A stretch of 56,311 nt of DNA, taken from IMG/VR virus record IMGVR_UViG_3300021420_000314, positions 1 through 56,311 of that record. The stretch is one strand, 5' to 3'. Positions 19,001-29,095 of the stretch are shown piece after piece; the first letter of the stretch is position 1; each line of letters opens with the position of its first letter. A model generated the notes under the pieces. The model was not told the origin of the DNA. It saw only the letters and a list, made by a program, of their open reading frames with translations, and ran no database searches. Position numbers and translations under genes: made by a program. The stretch comes from a virus. Lineage: Duplodnaviria; Caudoviricetes.

Positions 19001-21325
19001 CGAGGATGGCATCTACGCCATGTTCCTGCGCGACGCTGGTGTGACCACGACATTCGGCAGCCAGTGTCTGCTGGACGATGAAATTTGCGCGCTGTATCAC
19101 AAGCTCAAGCGCGAAGGGCAGCTTCCGGGTCCGGAGGAGTCGAAATGAAGCGCAGATACCCGGCGCTCCCAATCAAGATCAAGACACTGCTGCTGCTGCA
19201 CGGCCTTGAGTGGGACGTGCACTATCCGTACGGGCGCAACAAAAAGCCCAAGTTTCGTGGCTCACCGCCGCAGTTTGTAGGCTGGGAAGATATTCCTTGG
19301 CGCGCAGACCATAACTGGACGTGGCTCGTGAAGCGCAACGACAAGGCACAGTTCACGATGGAACGTAACGCTGCACTCGAACAGTGGGTGGAGGTAGTGA
19401 GGAATTATGAAGCATGGTGACACGTACTACATTCGCAACTACAGCTTTCCCGACGGCGAGTCGGCGCAAGTGTTCGTGTACTCGCTTCCGGCATCTCCTC
19501 CTGCGACGCGAAAGGAAATCAGGACACTCTGTAACCTGTATAGTTACGCGCTGCACCAGCCCAAGCACACAGTGCTTTATGAGCTGCGCAAGCGCGGCGA
19601 GTATCGCGATTACCGGGTTCTGTATGCCTCTCCTGAGTGGACAGCCGAGCAGTGGGCATATTTTCTCAAGGAGACTGAACGCAATGGGCACCCCCCGCAG
19701 ATGCCCGGACCTGCCTATGACCGTGGACGGCTTCCGGGCCTTCATGCTTAGCCTCAAGATCATGCTGCGGCAAGATTCGCACCGTTACGCCACTCTGGAG
19801 CAGATCCGCGCAGCACGGTTGCATGAGCAGCGTGGGTGGCGTAGGCTCAAGCACCGATGGGGCTACACCTTGAGGATCAACCATGCTCGCATATCTCAAC
19901 AAAGCAAAGGCACTCGTCCAGTCGAACTGGAAGCCCGTTAGCGTCGGCTACGCGCTGGCCTATGTCGTCCCGTTCGTGCTCAAGCACGTTCTGTGACACC
20001 TCCCTTCAAGTGGACGCTCTGGGCGCTGGCGCTAGTCGCTGGCGCCCTGTATGCGTGCGTGACGTACGCAGATGATGTGAAGTTCCCGCACTGGGAATTG
20101 CACGCTGTCTCCACCAAGGACGGCGAGATAGTGAAGGATGTCCGCATCTCAGACACTGATTACCCAGACGATGAAGCGTGCATACGCTTCGCGTTGCTTC
20201 TCCCGGCGCCGCCCGCCGCGCACGATGGATACATCTATTCGTACGCCTGCGAGACGGTGATGCCAATCAAGCCCGGCAAGCCCGGTCCGAATTGGCACCC
20301 AACCAACAAATCGTAAGATGGCAAGCCTGATCCGGTGTTACGCGTGCGGCAACTATGTCTGCATCGGGCCGGATTGTCCGTATTGCAAAAGGAGGCACGA
20401 TGACCAGACGCATCGGCGCACCGATAGGCCCGCGAGGCCCGAACAAGGGCGTCACGTCCGAGATCAAGAAGACCTACAACCACAGGTCGTACGCCCGCCG
20501 GCATCTCCGGCAGAGTGCTGAAGCCGAACTAAGGAGCGCACTGGTCAAGTTCTGCGCGATGCCGGTGGTTCATGAATGACTGGAAGGAAGCGACCGACCA
20601 AGACGTGCTCATGCTGGTATCCAAGCTCGTGCTGCTGCGGCCGGACTACATCAGGGACGTGCCGCGCTTCGATCTAGGAGTCAAGGAATTCAACATCACC
20701 GCTGAAGCTCTGCAGTCTATTGGCGTGAATGTAGGCCAGCTGCACCCGCTATGCAGGCGCGTGCGAGCGGCAATTCAAGAGGAGTTCCCCGATGACGAAA
20801 GGTTCGGCTTCGGCTGTCAAGAGGGCAAACGCAAACTATTACCGATCCCACGCTGAGCAGATCAAGGCTGCACAGCGGAAGCGATGGCACAGGAGTAAAT
20901 GCAAATGCTGCCGACCAAACCCCGCGGCGCCGGTGGTCGTGTAATCAACGATCCGTGCGGCTGCCAGCACTGGGAACACATGTGGCTGCGGCTGTGTCCG
21001 CAGCACCAAGCCGAAGTAGACGCGCGCCACAAGCGCGCGATGGAGGACTACCGTGCCGACCAGCAAGCAAAGAAAGGCGACAAAGAACCTGCGCAAGCGC
21101 CGTCGCAAGGAGTTCCAGCTGCTGGCAGCGAAAGCGATCCTGCTGCATCCTGAGTGGGCGCGGCAGATAGCGTTTCCAACGCTGATCTCACCTTGGCACA
21201 AGGCTTATCAGGACACTGACTTCGTGCTTGCCATGATTGGCTACACAGGCCGACGCAACAGCAAGGCAAAGACCCGACTTCGAGATTACGTTCACGATGC
21301 ACTGAGAGAAAAGGAGACAGGATGA
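16092..21325 (+). other. Cluster of small, tightly packed early hypothetical genes
   Basis: Coupled ORFs, e.g. 16092-16259, 16261-16470, 17157-17486, 17565-17891, 17881-18177, 18174-18542, 18762-19148, 19145-19420, 19407-19751, 19993-20316, 20400-20579, 20572-20856, 20899-21153, 21053-21325. No families recognised. Confidence 0.6.
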
Positions 21326-22419
21326 AACTGATTGATTTCCAGAAGAGCGCGCTCATGATGTACAAACAGCGCAAGGCTGTGCATCTGGTCGGTCCGCCCG
21401 GTGTGGGCAAGACCGACGTGATCAAGCACGACGTGCGCGCGCTCCTGTCGGAGGCGCACAAGTGTACGTTCGGCTATGCCGACGTGCTCTTGCCGACCAT
21501 CGACGCCCCGGACCTTCGCGGTTTCTTGGTTCCGACCAAAGACGCGGACGGACACCCGACGAGCTTCTTCACTCGTTCAGCGGTGCTCCCGTCCAAGGCG
21601 TACCTGGCGGAGCACCCGCGAGGGATCATGTTCCTCGACGAGCGCAGTCAGGCTGATATGCTGACGCAGAAGGCTGTCGCTCCAATCGTGCTGGACAAGC
21701 GCTTCGGTGAAGAGTACCTGCCGGAAGGCTGGTGGGTGCTGTCTGCCAGCAACAGGCTGGAAGACAAGGCCGGAACGATTCGTCCCCCGACTCACCTCGT
21801 GAATCGGGAGCGCACGATCTATATCGATCCGGACATCACAAGCTGGGCGATCTGGGCTGAGGCGCACGACGTTCACCCGATGATGGTGGCGTTTGCGAAG
21901 CAGTTCCCCGGCGTGGTGTTCCAAGACCATGTGCCGAAGTCTGCCGGTGACGGCAGCCCCTTCTGCACACCGAGGTCATTCGTGTCCGCGGCCGAGATGG
22001 TCGCAGATGCGGCTGGCGTGGACGACAAGGGCCGTCCCAACATGAGCATCCCGGTCTCATCGCTCCTGTCGCAGATTGTGCAGGGAGACATCGGTGAGGG
22101 CGCGTGTGCCCAGTTGTTCGGGTTCCTGAAGGTTGGCGACCAGTTGCCGACCATCGACCAGATCGAGAAAGATCCCATGAAGGCGAAGTGTCCCGAAGAC
22201 CTGTCCGCGGCGTATGCAGCGATGCAGCTGTGCATCCATCACGCTCAGCCGGTCAACGTGGACAAGCTCTGGACGTACACCGAACGGCTGCCCAAGGAGC
22301 TGCAGGTGTCGGCCGCCAAGTCCCTCGTGGACAAGGGCAAGGGCGTACTGCTGAACTCGCAGGCGCTCAACAAGTGGATCATGAACAACCGGGCGCTGAT
22401 CAACGCGAGCAACAAGTGA
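21322..22419 (+). CDS. AAA+ ATPase (MoxR/AAA_5-like)
   Basis: Walker A GPPGVGKT, Walker B MFLDE, ASNR, TPRS. Confidence 0.9.
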   Translation: MKLIDFQKSALMMYKQRKAVHLVGPPGVGKTDVIKHDVRALLSEAHKCTFGYADVLLPTIDAPDLRGFLVPTKDADGHPTSFFTRSAVLPSKAYLAEHPRGIMFLDERSQADMLTQKAVAPIVLDKRFGEEYLPEGWWVLSASNRLEDKAGTIRPPTHLVNRERTIYIDPDITSWAIWAEAHDVHPMMVAFAKQFPGVVFQDHVPKSAGDGSPFCTPRSFVSAAEMVADAAGVDDKGRPNMSIPVSSLLSQIVQGDIGEGACAQLFGFLKVGDQLPTIDQIEKDPMKAKCPEDLSAAYAAMQLCIHHAQPVNVDKLWTYTERLPKELQVSAAKSLVDKGKGVLLNSQALNKWIMNNRALINASNK

Positions 22420-22563
22420 GCGCGGTACTGATAGGGATGATTGTGGCGCTGTCACCAGTCGTGGTGCTCGCCATTATCCTAGCAGTGCGCTCATGATGCT
22501 GCTCGTGACGGCAGCGTTCCTGATGTGCGTGATCTTGGTTTCCAAAGCGAAAGGAGGACGAAG

Positions 22564-23475
22564 ATGACAGAAAGCAGCGATCTAGGCGCTGCGCTGTCCA
22601 GCAACTACCTCTTGGTCGATGTGCAGATCCACTCGTGGTCTGGCAAGAAGACCGATCAAGAGGCATCGTCTGAACTGCTTGTGTCCAAGCAGGCGACCCG
22701 CGACGGTGGGGCGTTCGTGAAGAACCTTTTGGCATCGGCGAATGCCGAGCTGAAAGCGGTGCAGACGCACCAAGGCGCCTTGCGCCGGTTCGTTTACGAG
22801 CGCACACTGCCGTGGTCAACCTCAGCAGGACTCAAGCGCGGGGACCGTATCTTGGCGACCACAGCCACGATGCAGTTCCTGACCGATCTCAAGCCGTACA
22901 TTCAGGACACCCGAAATGCGGTCAAGGATCTCCAGACGGTCTGGCAGCAGCGCGTGGCGCAGGCAATGTGCAATCTCGGCACTTTGGCTGACGCAAGCGA
23001 TTACCCCGATGCAAGTACCCTCCCCGAACTTTTCGGCGTCTCAGTCGATCTCAAGCCGTTACCTGCGATTACTGACTTTGGCAGGCTCAACGTCCCAGGG
23101 GATCTCGCCGCAAGGCTCGGCCAAAGGTATGAGCAAAGGGCACAGGAGCAGTTCAAAGTCGCGATGGGCGACCTGCGGGACAGATTCATCGCAGAGCTAG
23201 AGCGGATGCACGGCCAGCTGGCTAAGCATGCTAGCGGTGAGAAGACCCGGCTCCACGAATCCATGGCAACCAATCTCCAGATGCTCGTCGATCTGGCGCA
23301 CAGCATGGACCTCGGCAACAACCCCCAGTTCACCGAACTCGTCGCGATCATCGAGCATGAGCTCCTGCGGACACCCGTGGGCGCGCTCAAGCAGGATCTC
23401 CGCCGGGCCGGGGAAGTGGCAGATGCGGCCAAGACCATCGCGGTCAAGGCTGCGGAAGAGGCAATCTGGCAATGA
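22564..23475 (+). CDS. DUF3150-like protein
   Basis: LLVDVQIHSWSGKKTD, TLPW and DYP motifs; usual partner of phage AAA/VWA modules. Confidence 0.6.
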   Translation: MTESSDLGAALSSNYLLVDVQIHSWSGKKTDQEASSELLVSKQATRDGGAFVKNLLASANAELKAVQTHQGALRRFVYERTLPWSTSAGLKRGDRILATTATMQFLTDLKPYIQDTRNAVKDLQTVWQQRVAQAMCNLGTLADASDYPDASTLPELFGVSVDLKPLPAITDFGRLNVPGDLAARLGQRYEQRAQEQFKVAMGDLRDRFIAELERMHGQLAKHASGEKTRLHESMATNLQMLVDLAHSMDLGNNPQFTELVAIIEHELLRTPVGALKQDLRRAGEVADAAKTIAVKAAEEAIWQ

Positions 23476-23809
23476 ACATCATCGACCGAATTGGGCGGGT
23501 ACCCAACTGGGTGAATCTGGCTTTCTCGGCCATCAACTTCACAATGTTCGTACTGAATCTTGCTGTGGGCAACTACAAGATGGCGGCCCTAAGCTGGTTC
23601 TGCTCCGCATTCTGTGGAGCTGTGTGGTACATTCGCCGGAATGGCTAATCCACTGATCGCACCAAGCTCGAGGGCGTACGGGCCGCCCTCGAAGGCGAAG
23701 ATGTCCGAGCCCGAGACACGAATCGTCGCCAGCTACGGTTATGGAGACTTCAAGTTCAACCATCCAAAGCTGGCCGACATCATCGAGCGAGACCAAAGGA
23801 AACAGCGAA

Positions 23810-24961
23810 ATGAGCAAACCGAGGTCGAATGAACTGACCGAGGCTATCTCAGCGCTGATTGTGCAGCAGCCGTTCTTTGCGAGCCTGCTGTTCGACATGT
23901 TGACCATCGAAGAGACCGAAGCGCTGCCCACGGCAGCGACGGACGGGCGCCGGATCATGGTCAACCCCAAGTTCTTCAAGAAACTGGACGTGAAGGAGCG
24001 CATCTTCGTGCTCGCGCACGAAATCACCCACGTCATCCTCCAGCATCCGGCCCGCATGAAGGGGTACATGGATCTGGGGTATGGCCCGGACTTGAAGAAG
24101 TGGTCGAACAATCGGTACAACAAGGCGGCTGACTACGTGATCAATGCCTACCTCACCGAACTCGCGGTGGGTAAGCAACCGCTGAATAGCCTCTCGAACC
24201 CGCACATCACCTCGAAGGATCTGGTGGATGAAGTCTACCTGAAGATCCCCGAGGACGAGGACGACCCCAAGGGACAAGGCTGGGACCAGCACATGCCTCA
24301 AGCGGGGGACGAGATCGATAAGGCCACCATACAGCGTAGCGTGGCTCAGGCGGCGACGGCCCAGAAAATGATGGGCAAGCTGCCGGGGAGCCTCCAGCGC
24401 CTCGTAGACGAGATCTGCGAGCCCCAGGTGACGTGGCAGGACTATCTCCGGAGGGTCATCGTGACCACCCAGGGGTCCGACCAGTCCACCTGGAATCGCC
24501 CGAACCGGCGCCGGCTGGCCGCGCCGCCGCACATCTACTGGCCGGGGCGCTGTGGCAGCCGGTCTGGTGCGGTCGCAGTCGAGCTGGACACGTCGGGGTC
24601 CATCTCGGACGCCGAGCTGAAGACGTTCCTGAGCGAGCTGTCTGGCATCTTGTCGGACGTGCAGCCTGAGTGCGTCTATGCGATGTTCGTGGATGCCACC
24701 CTGCAAGGGGACGTCCATGAGATCCATGACGTGGCTGAGCTGCTGGATCTGGGCAAGAAGGCAGCCGGTGGCGGCGGCACCGATATGACCGTGGTCTTCA
24801 GGGTCATCGAGGAGCAGCAGCTGCCGGTCGAGTACGTGGTCGTGCTCACGGATGGGTACACCCCGTTCGGCGAGGACTGCGGCATCCCGACCGTCTGGTG
24901 CATCACGTCTGACCAGAAGGCGCCGTGGGGCGTGACGGTCAACGTGAAGATCGCGAAGTAA
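23810..24961 (+). CDS. Metallopeptidase-VWA protein (DUF2201-like)
   Basis: TAATDG, zincin HEITH, MIDAS DTSGSIS, GGGGTD, LTDGY. Confidence 0.88.
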   Translation: MSKPRSNELTEAISALIVQQPFFASLLFDMLTIEETEALPTAATDGRRIMVNPKFFKKLDVKERIFVLAHEITHVILQHPARMKGYMDLGYGPDLKKWSNNRYNKAADYVINAYLTELAVGKQPLNSLSNPHITSKDLVDEVYLKIPEDEDDPKGQGWDQHMPQAGDEIDKATIQRSVAQAATAQKMMGKLPGSLQRLVDEICEPQVTWQDYLRRVIVTTQGSDQSTWNRPNRRRLAAPPHIYWPGRCGSRSGAVAVELDTSGSISDAELKTFLSELSGILSDVQPECVYAMFVDATLQGDVHEIHDVAELLDLGKKAAGGGGTDMTVVFRVIEEQQLPVEYVVVLTDGYTPFGEDCGIPTVWCITSDQKAPWGVTVNVKIAK

Positions 24962-24976
24962 ACCAACGGAGGTCAA

Positions 24977-25243
24977 ATGCAACCCCATAAAGAACATGGG
25001 TTCATCAGCTTTTATATGGATGGATGGTCGCGGTGGGGCGATGTCAGGCCAAGTGAAGAGGATCAGAAGCGCCACGCGAGCCTGTGGATCAAGCTGCGCA
25101 AGGCGATGCCCGCGCCGCCCGGCTGGAAGCTGAAACGCCAACACGCGTACATCACAGTGAGCTGCAGGCACGTCGAGTACTTCGGCAACCTCACACCCGA
25201 GTGGGTCGAGATGTTCGCCGCGAAACTCAACCTGATCAAGTAA
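24977..25243 (+). CDS. Hypothetical protein
   Basis: GGAGG RBS, 88 aa. Confidence 0.6.
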   Translation: MQPHKEHGFISFYMDGWSRWGDVRPSEEDQKRHASLWIKLRKAMPAPPGWKLKRQHAYITVSCRHVEYFGNLTPEWVEMFAAKLNLIK

Positions 25244-25249
25244 GGAGGG

Positions 25250-26035
25250 ATGATGGCGTCGAATCAAATGACCGGCGTCGAGCGCCGGGAGATCACCAGC
25301 GCAGTCGAGGAGCTGTTGGGCCGCGGCGTGCTGTTCTACCGCTGCCCACTTGTCAGCCGACAGGAGCTGGATGATGTTTGGATGTCCATGCTGCGTCCTG
25401 ACGTCGCAGCCGCCATACGCACGATGCGCAGGGCAGGCTACGGTCTTCGCGGAGACGTTCAGGAGTACTCCGAGTTCACGTGGGACGAGATGGGCGCGTG
25501 TATCGGTTTCCACATCCGAAACTGGCCCGATCCGGGGCCACTATACTTCGTCGAGTCACCCCGAAACAGCCGTATGCACATGCAAAAGTCGCAGCACGAG
25601 CTGGAGGTTCTGTTCCAGACATTCAAGGGCGACGGCACCGACACCCATCCCCTGAAGCTGTTCCGCACATGGGTCAAGGATTCAATGGCCTTCCACAACG
25701 AGGCTACCCGCGCGCTGAGCTGCTTTGGCGACATCATGAAGCTCGCCAGCACGCCGGGGCAGGTGTTCCGGATGGTCCCGGACCTCGTGCAGTACATGAC
25801 CCCCAGCATGAAGAACAAGGTCGGGGACAGGTCCAGCCCGGTCCCGGTCCGAATACTGGACTCGGACGGTACAGTTAGGCGGGAAGGTTGGGCAGAATAT
25901 GACAAGGACAAGGTGCTAGCTATGTGCCATACTTTGGCGAAGTGCTATCTCCTACCCAAACCGGACTCAGCCATTGAGTTCACCAACGCCCTCGGCTGGA
26001 ACCCATGGTGCAGCCCTCGTCGATCTGGGACTTGA
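25250..26035 (+). CDS. Hypothetical protein
   Basis: AAGGAGG RBS, 261 aa. Confidence 0.7.
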   Translation: MMASNQMTGVERREITSAVEELLGRGVLFYRCPLVSRQELDDVWMSMLRPDVAAAIRTMRRAGYGLRGDVQEYSEFTWDEMGACIGFHIRNWPDPGPLYFVESPRNSRMHMQKSQHELEVLFQTFKGDGTDTHPLKLFRTWVKDSMAFHNEATRALSCFGDIMKLASTPGQVFRMVPDLVQYMTPSMKNKVGDRSSPVPVRILDSDGTVRREGWAEYDKDKVLAMCHTLAKCYLLPKPDSAIEFTNALGWNPWCSPRRSGT

Positions 26036-27872
26036 CTTCGAGACGTACTACGACTCGGATTACACCCTCAAGAAGTTCACCACCACCGAGTACCTGTTAG
26101 ACCCGCGCTTCGAGATCATCGGCGTAGGGTTAGTCTCGGGCAAACAAAAAGTCTGGTTTAGCGGCCCGCTGGATTACATCCGGCTCATGCTCAACCCGCT
26201 CCCCTGGCACCGCATTCGTGTGGTAGCGCACAACGCGATTTTCGATGGCGGTATCTTAGAGTGGAAGCTCGGCATCAAGCCCGCGAAGTATATGTGCACG
26301 ATGATGGGAGTGCGCCCCTATGTCACGCCGTACACGGGTCGTTCCGACTTGGGTTCCACCCTTAAATTCCTTGATCTTGGCGAAAAAGGAACTGACGTCC
26401 AGAACCATGTCGGGCGTAAGCGAGCAGATTTTACTGTTGAGCAGCTTGCCTCCTACGGTGAGTATTGCAAAGGTGACGCACTGGGCTCGCTGCGCATTGC
26501 GCAGTGGCTGTCTAGCAAACTTCCGGAGGACGAGCAGGAGCTGATCGACCTGACCATCAAGAAGTTCCTGCATCCGAAGCTACATGTCAACACTGACATA
26601 ATCGACCACCACCTGAACCGGATCAATCTCTCGAAGGCCGCCCTGGTTGGCGCGCTTGCGAAGTGCAACATCACCGCCGAGCAGATCCGTTCAAGACCCC
26701 AGTTCAGGAAGCTGCTAGAGAGCAAGGGCGTCGCGGCGCCGCTCAAGACCAGCATACGGACCGGACAACTCACTGAGGCGTTCTCCAAGCAGGACGCGCC
26801 GTTCCTTGCGCTGCAGAACGACCCCAAGGTAGGGTGGCTGATCGAGGCCCGCTTGGCGCTAGCCTCGAACATGGAAGAGACGCGTCTAACCAGGGTCCGT
26901 GCAGTCGCGAAGGCGACCGGCGGGTCTCTGCCGGTGCCGTTACTGTACTATGGCGCACATCCCGGCCGATTCTCGGGGCTGGACAAGATCAACTTACAGA
27001 ACCTGCCGCGGCTCAAGAAGCTCCCTGATGACACGATTGACCCAAACAGCGGCTCGTTGCGCCGCGCGCTGGTGGCTCCTCCCGGAAGTACGGTTATCGC
27101 AGCTGACCTCGCTCAGATCGAGGCGCGGATCACCGCCGTACTGGCAGGATGCGTTGAACTCATTACTGCATTCCGGGAAAATCGTGACGTCTACAGCGCG
27201 TTCGCGAGTGAGATCTACGGACGACGAATCACTAAGGCCGACCTCATTGAGAGGTTCGTTGGCAAGACGTGCATCCTTGGCCTTGGGTTCGGTATGGGCT
27301 GGGGGAAATTTCACAAGCAGATGGCGCTCGCCAAGGTAGCGATGTCGCCGAAGAAAGCTGCTGACGTCGTGTATCTATACCGGCGCATGTACGCCAAGAT
27401 CCCGGACCTCTGGGCGATGATGGAGTTCTACGTCAACCAGATGCGCGACCCGCGTTGCCTTGAGATCCGCGGCCCGCTGACGCTCATGCATGAACGTATC
27501 GTGTTGCCCAACGGGATGCCGATCATCTATCCCGAGCTGGATGTGACACCCGGTCAAGGGTTCACATTCAAAGACAGGAGAGCCTATGACGGAGAAACAC
27601 GAGTACATCTTTGGGGCGGTGCGGTTACGGAAAACGTCGTGCAAGCTCTTGCTCGAATCATTCTCACGCGAGCCGAGCTGCGACTGGCGAAGGCTGGTCT
27701 GCGAGCTGCTCTGCAGGTCCACGATGAGCTGGTATTTGTGGTGCGCGACAAGAAGGTGGGGATCGCGACTCAAGCCATCCGCCTTGCAATGGAAGCGCCG
27801 GTGGACTTCCTCCCAGAACTGCCGGTCAAAGTTGAGATAAGCCACGGTAAGTCATACGGAGAAGCGAAATGA
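25974..27872 (+). CDS. polA: DNA polymerase family A with 3'-5' exonuclease
   Basis: DFETYY, AHNAIFD, GRFSG..INLQNLP, motif A ADLAQIEAR, motif B RFVGKTCILGLGFG, motif C VHDE. Start uncertain: the only nearby in-frame starts are TTG/CTG. Confidence 0.93.
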   Translation: MSSPTPSAGTHGAALVDLGLDFETYYDSDYTLKKFTTTEYLLDPRFEIIGVGLVSGKQKVWFSGPLDYIRLMLNPLPWHRIRVVAHNAIFDGGILEWKLGIKPAKYMCTMMGVRPYVTPYTGRSDLGSTLKFLDLGEKGTDVQNHVGRKRADFTVEQLASYGEYCKGDALGSLRIAQWLSSKLPEDEQELIDLTIKKFLHPKLHVNTDIIDHHLNRINLSKAALVGALAKCNITAEQIRSRPQFRKLLESKGVAAPLKTSIRTGQLTEAFSKQDAPFLALQNDPKVGWLIEARLALASNMEETRLTRVRAVAKATGGSLPVPLLYYGAHPGRFSGLDKINLQNLPRLKKLPDDTIDPNSGSLRRALVAPPGSTVIAADLAQIEARITAVLAGCVELITAFRENRDVYSAFASEIYGRRITKADLIERFVGKTCILGLGFGMGWGKFHKQMALAKVAMSPKKAADVVYLYRRMYAKIPDLWAMMEFYVNQMRDPRCLEIRGPLTLMHERIVLPNGMPIIYPELDVTPGQGFTFKDRRAYDGETRVHLWGGAVTENVVQALARIILTRAELRLAKAGLRAALQVHDELVFVVRDKKVGIATQAIRLAMEAPVDFLPELPVKVEISHGKSYGEAK

Positions 27873-28522
27873 CACCCTGGTCTTACAGTCGGCTGACCAA
27901 GTTTGAGACGTGCCCGAAGCAGCACTGGGCGCTGAACATTAGCAAGACCGTCAAGGAGACGCCGAATGAGAAGACGAATTATGGCAACGATCTCCACCTT
28001 GCGTTCGCGGCCAACCTGCGCTCTGGGAAGGCCCTGCCCCTGGCAATGCGCCAGTATCAGAGCATGCTTGATCCGATACGTGCACAACCTGGAGAGCACG
28101 TCATCGAACAGAAAATTGCAATCACACAGGGACTACAACCCACAGACTGGTTCGCCCATGACGTCTGGCTTCGAGTCATCTCGGACCTGACCATCCTCAA
28201 GGACACCCGCGCCGCAATCTTCGACTGGAAAACGGGCAAGATGTATGACGACTTCACGCAGCTGCGCCTCACTGGCGCGGTACTTTTCCTCCTCGCTCCT
28301 GAAGTGGAGCAGGTTTCTCTCTCGTACGTATGGACCCAGACAAAAAAGGTTACATCTGAGCGACTTGTGAAGGCCGACGTACTGAAGGTCTGGACAGGGC
28401 TTGCGCCGCGGATCAGGGCATACCAGAATGCTCACGACCTCGAAGCGTTCCCCGTCAGGCCCGGCGTCCACTGCAAGTGGTGCCCGCTCAAGTCGTGTCC
28501 CTACAATGAGAACAAACGATGA
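27869..28522 (+). CDS. Cas4-like PD-(D/E)XK exonuclease
   Basis: WSYSRL..FETCP, DWKTGK, C-terminal CKWCPLKSC. Confidence 0.85.
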   Translation: MTPWSYSRLTKFETCPKQHWALNISKTVKETPNEKTNYGNDLHLAFAANLRSGKALPLAMRQYQSMLDPIRAQPGEHVIEQKIAITQGLQPTDWFAHDVWLRVISDLTILKDTRAAIFDWKTGKMYDDFTQLRLTGAVLFLLAPEVEQVSLSYVWTQTKKVTSERLVKADVLKVWTGLAPRIRAYQNAHDLEAFPVRPGVHCKWCPLKSCPYNENKR

Positions 28523-28624
28523 CGACTACTGGCGAGAGTTCGCGCTGGCTCTGTGGGATACGCTCATGCTCGCGGCCGGTGTGCTCGCGTTCTTCATCTG
28601 GGTGATGACCCTGGCAGGTATGGG

Positions 28625-29086
28625 ATGATTCGCATCGCCCGCTCCGAAGACATCGACGAGTCGCGCGAGATTCACTCACTGGCGTTTGAAGGTGACCCAT
28701 GGGTTGGAGACGACCACGAATACTGGTTCGCTTACGATGGCACTACGCCCGTCGGGTGGGCGTCCGCCATCTACTGGCCGTCGATCAGTACAGTGTTTCT
28801 GTCGCGGGCAGCAGTTGCCAAGTGCGCAACCGGGAAGGGACTACATCGACGCCTTATCCAGGCTCGTATCCGTTGGGCGCAGAAATGCGGAGCAACGCAC
28901 GTTATTACATACACCGCGCCCTACAACTACGAGTCGTTCATCAACCTCCTCAAGTGCGGGTTCCGGTTCAGTGACTACCGATTCCGGTTGGGCGGACGTC
29001 GTTGGCACGTGTTGCTGAAGTCGAGCCCGCCACTAGCCGCGCCGGCTCAGCGTAAGTTGTTGCGTGCCGCCGCGAAGCTCATGTAG
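28625..29086 (+). CDS. GNAT-family N-acetyltransferase
   Basis: LSRAAV...GKGLHRRLI (motif A), TYT...N..S..NLLKCGF. Confidence 0.8.
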   Translation: MIRIARSEDIDESREIHSLAFEGDPWVGDDHEYWFAYDGTTPVGWASAIYWPSISTVFLSRAAVAKCATGKGLHRRLIQARIRWAQKCGATHVITYTAPYNYESFINLLKCGFRFSDYRFRLGGRRWHVLLKSSPPLAAPAQRKLLRAAAKLM

Positions 29087-29095
29087 GATCGCCGC

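Noticed and set aside
23849-25513. 554-aa minus-strand ORF
   Set aside because: Antisense to the well-supported VWA-metallopeptidase gene; a high-GC shadow ORF
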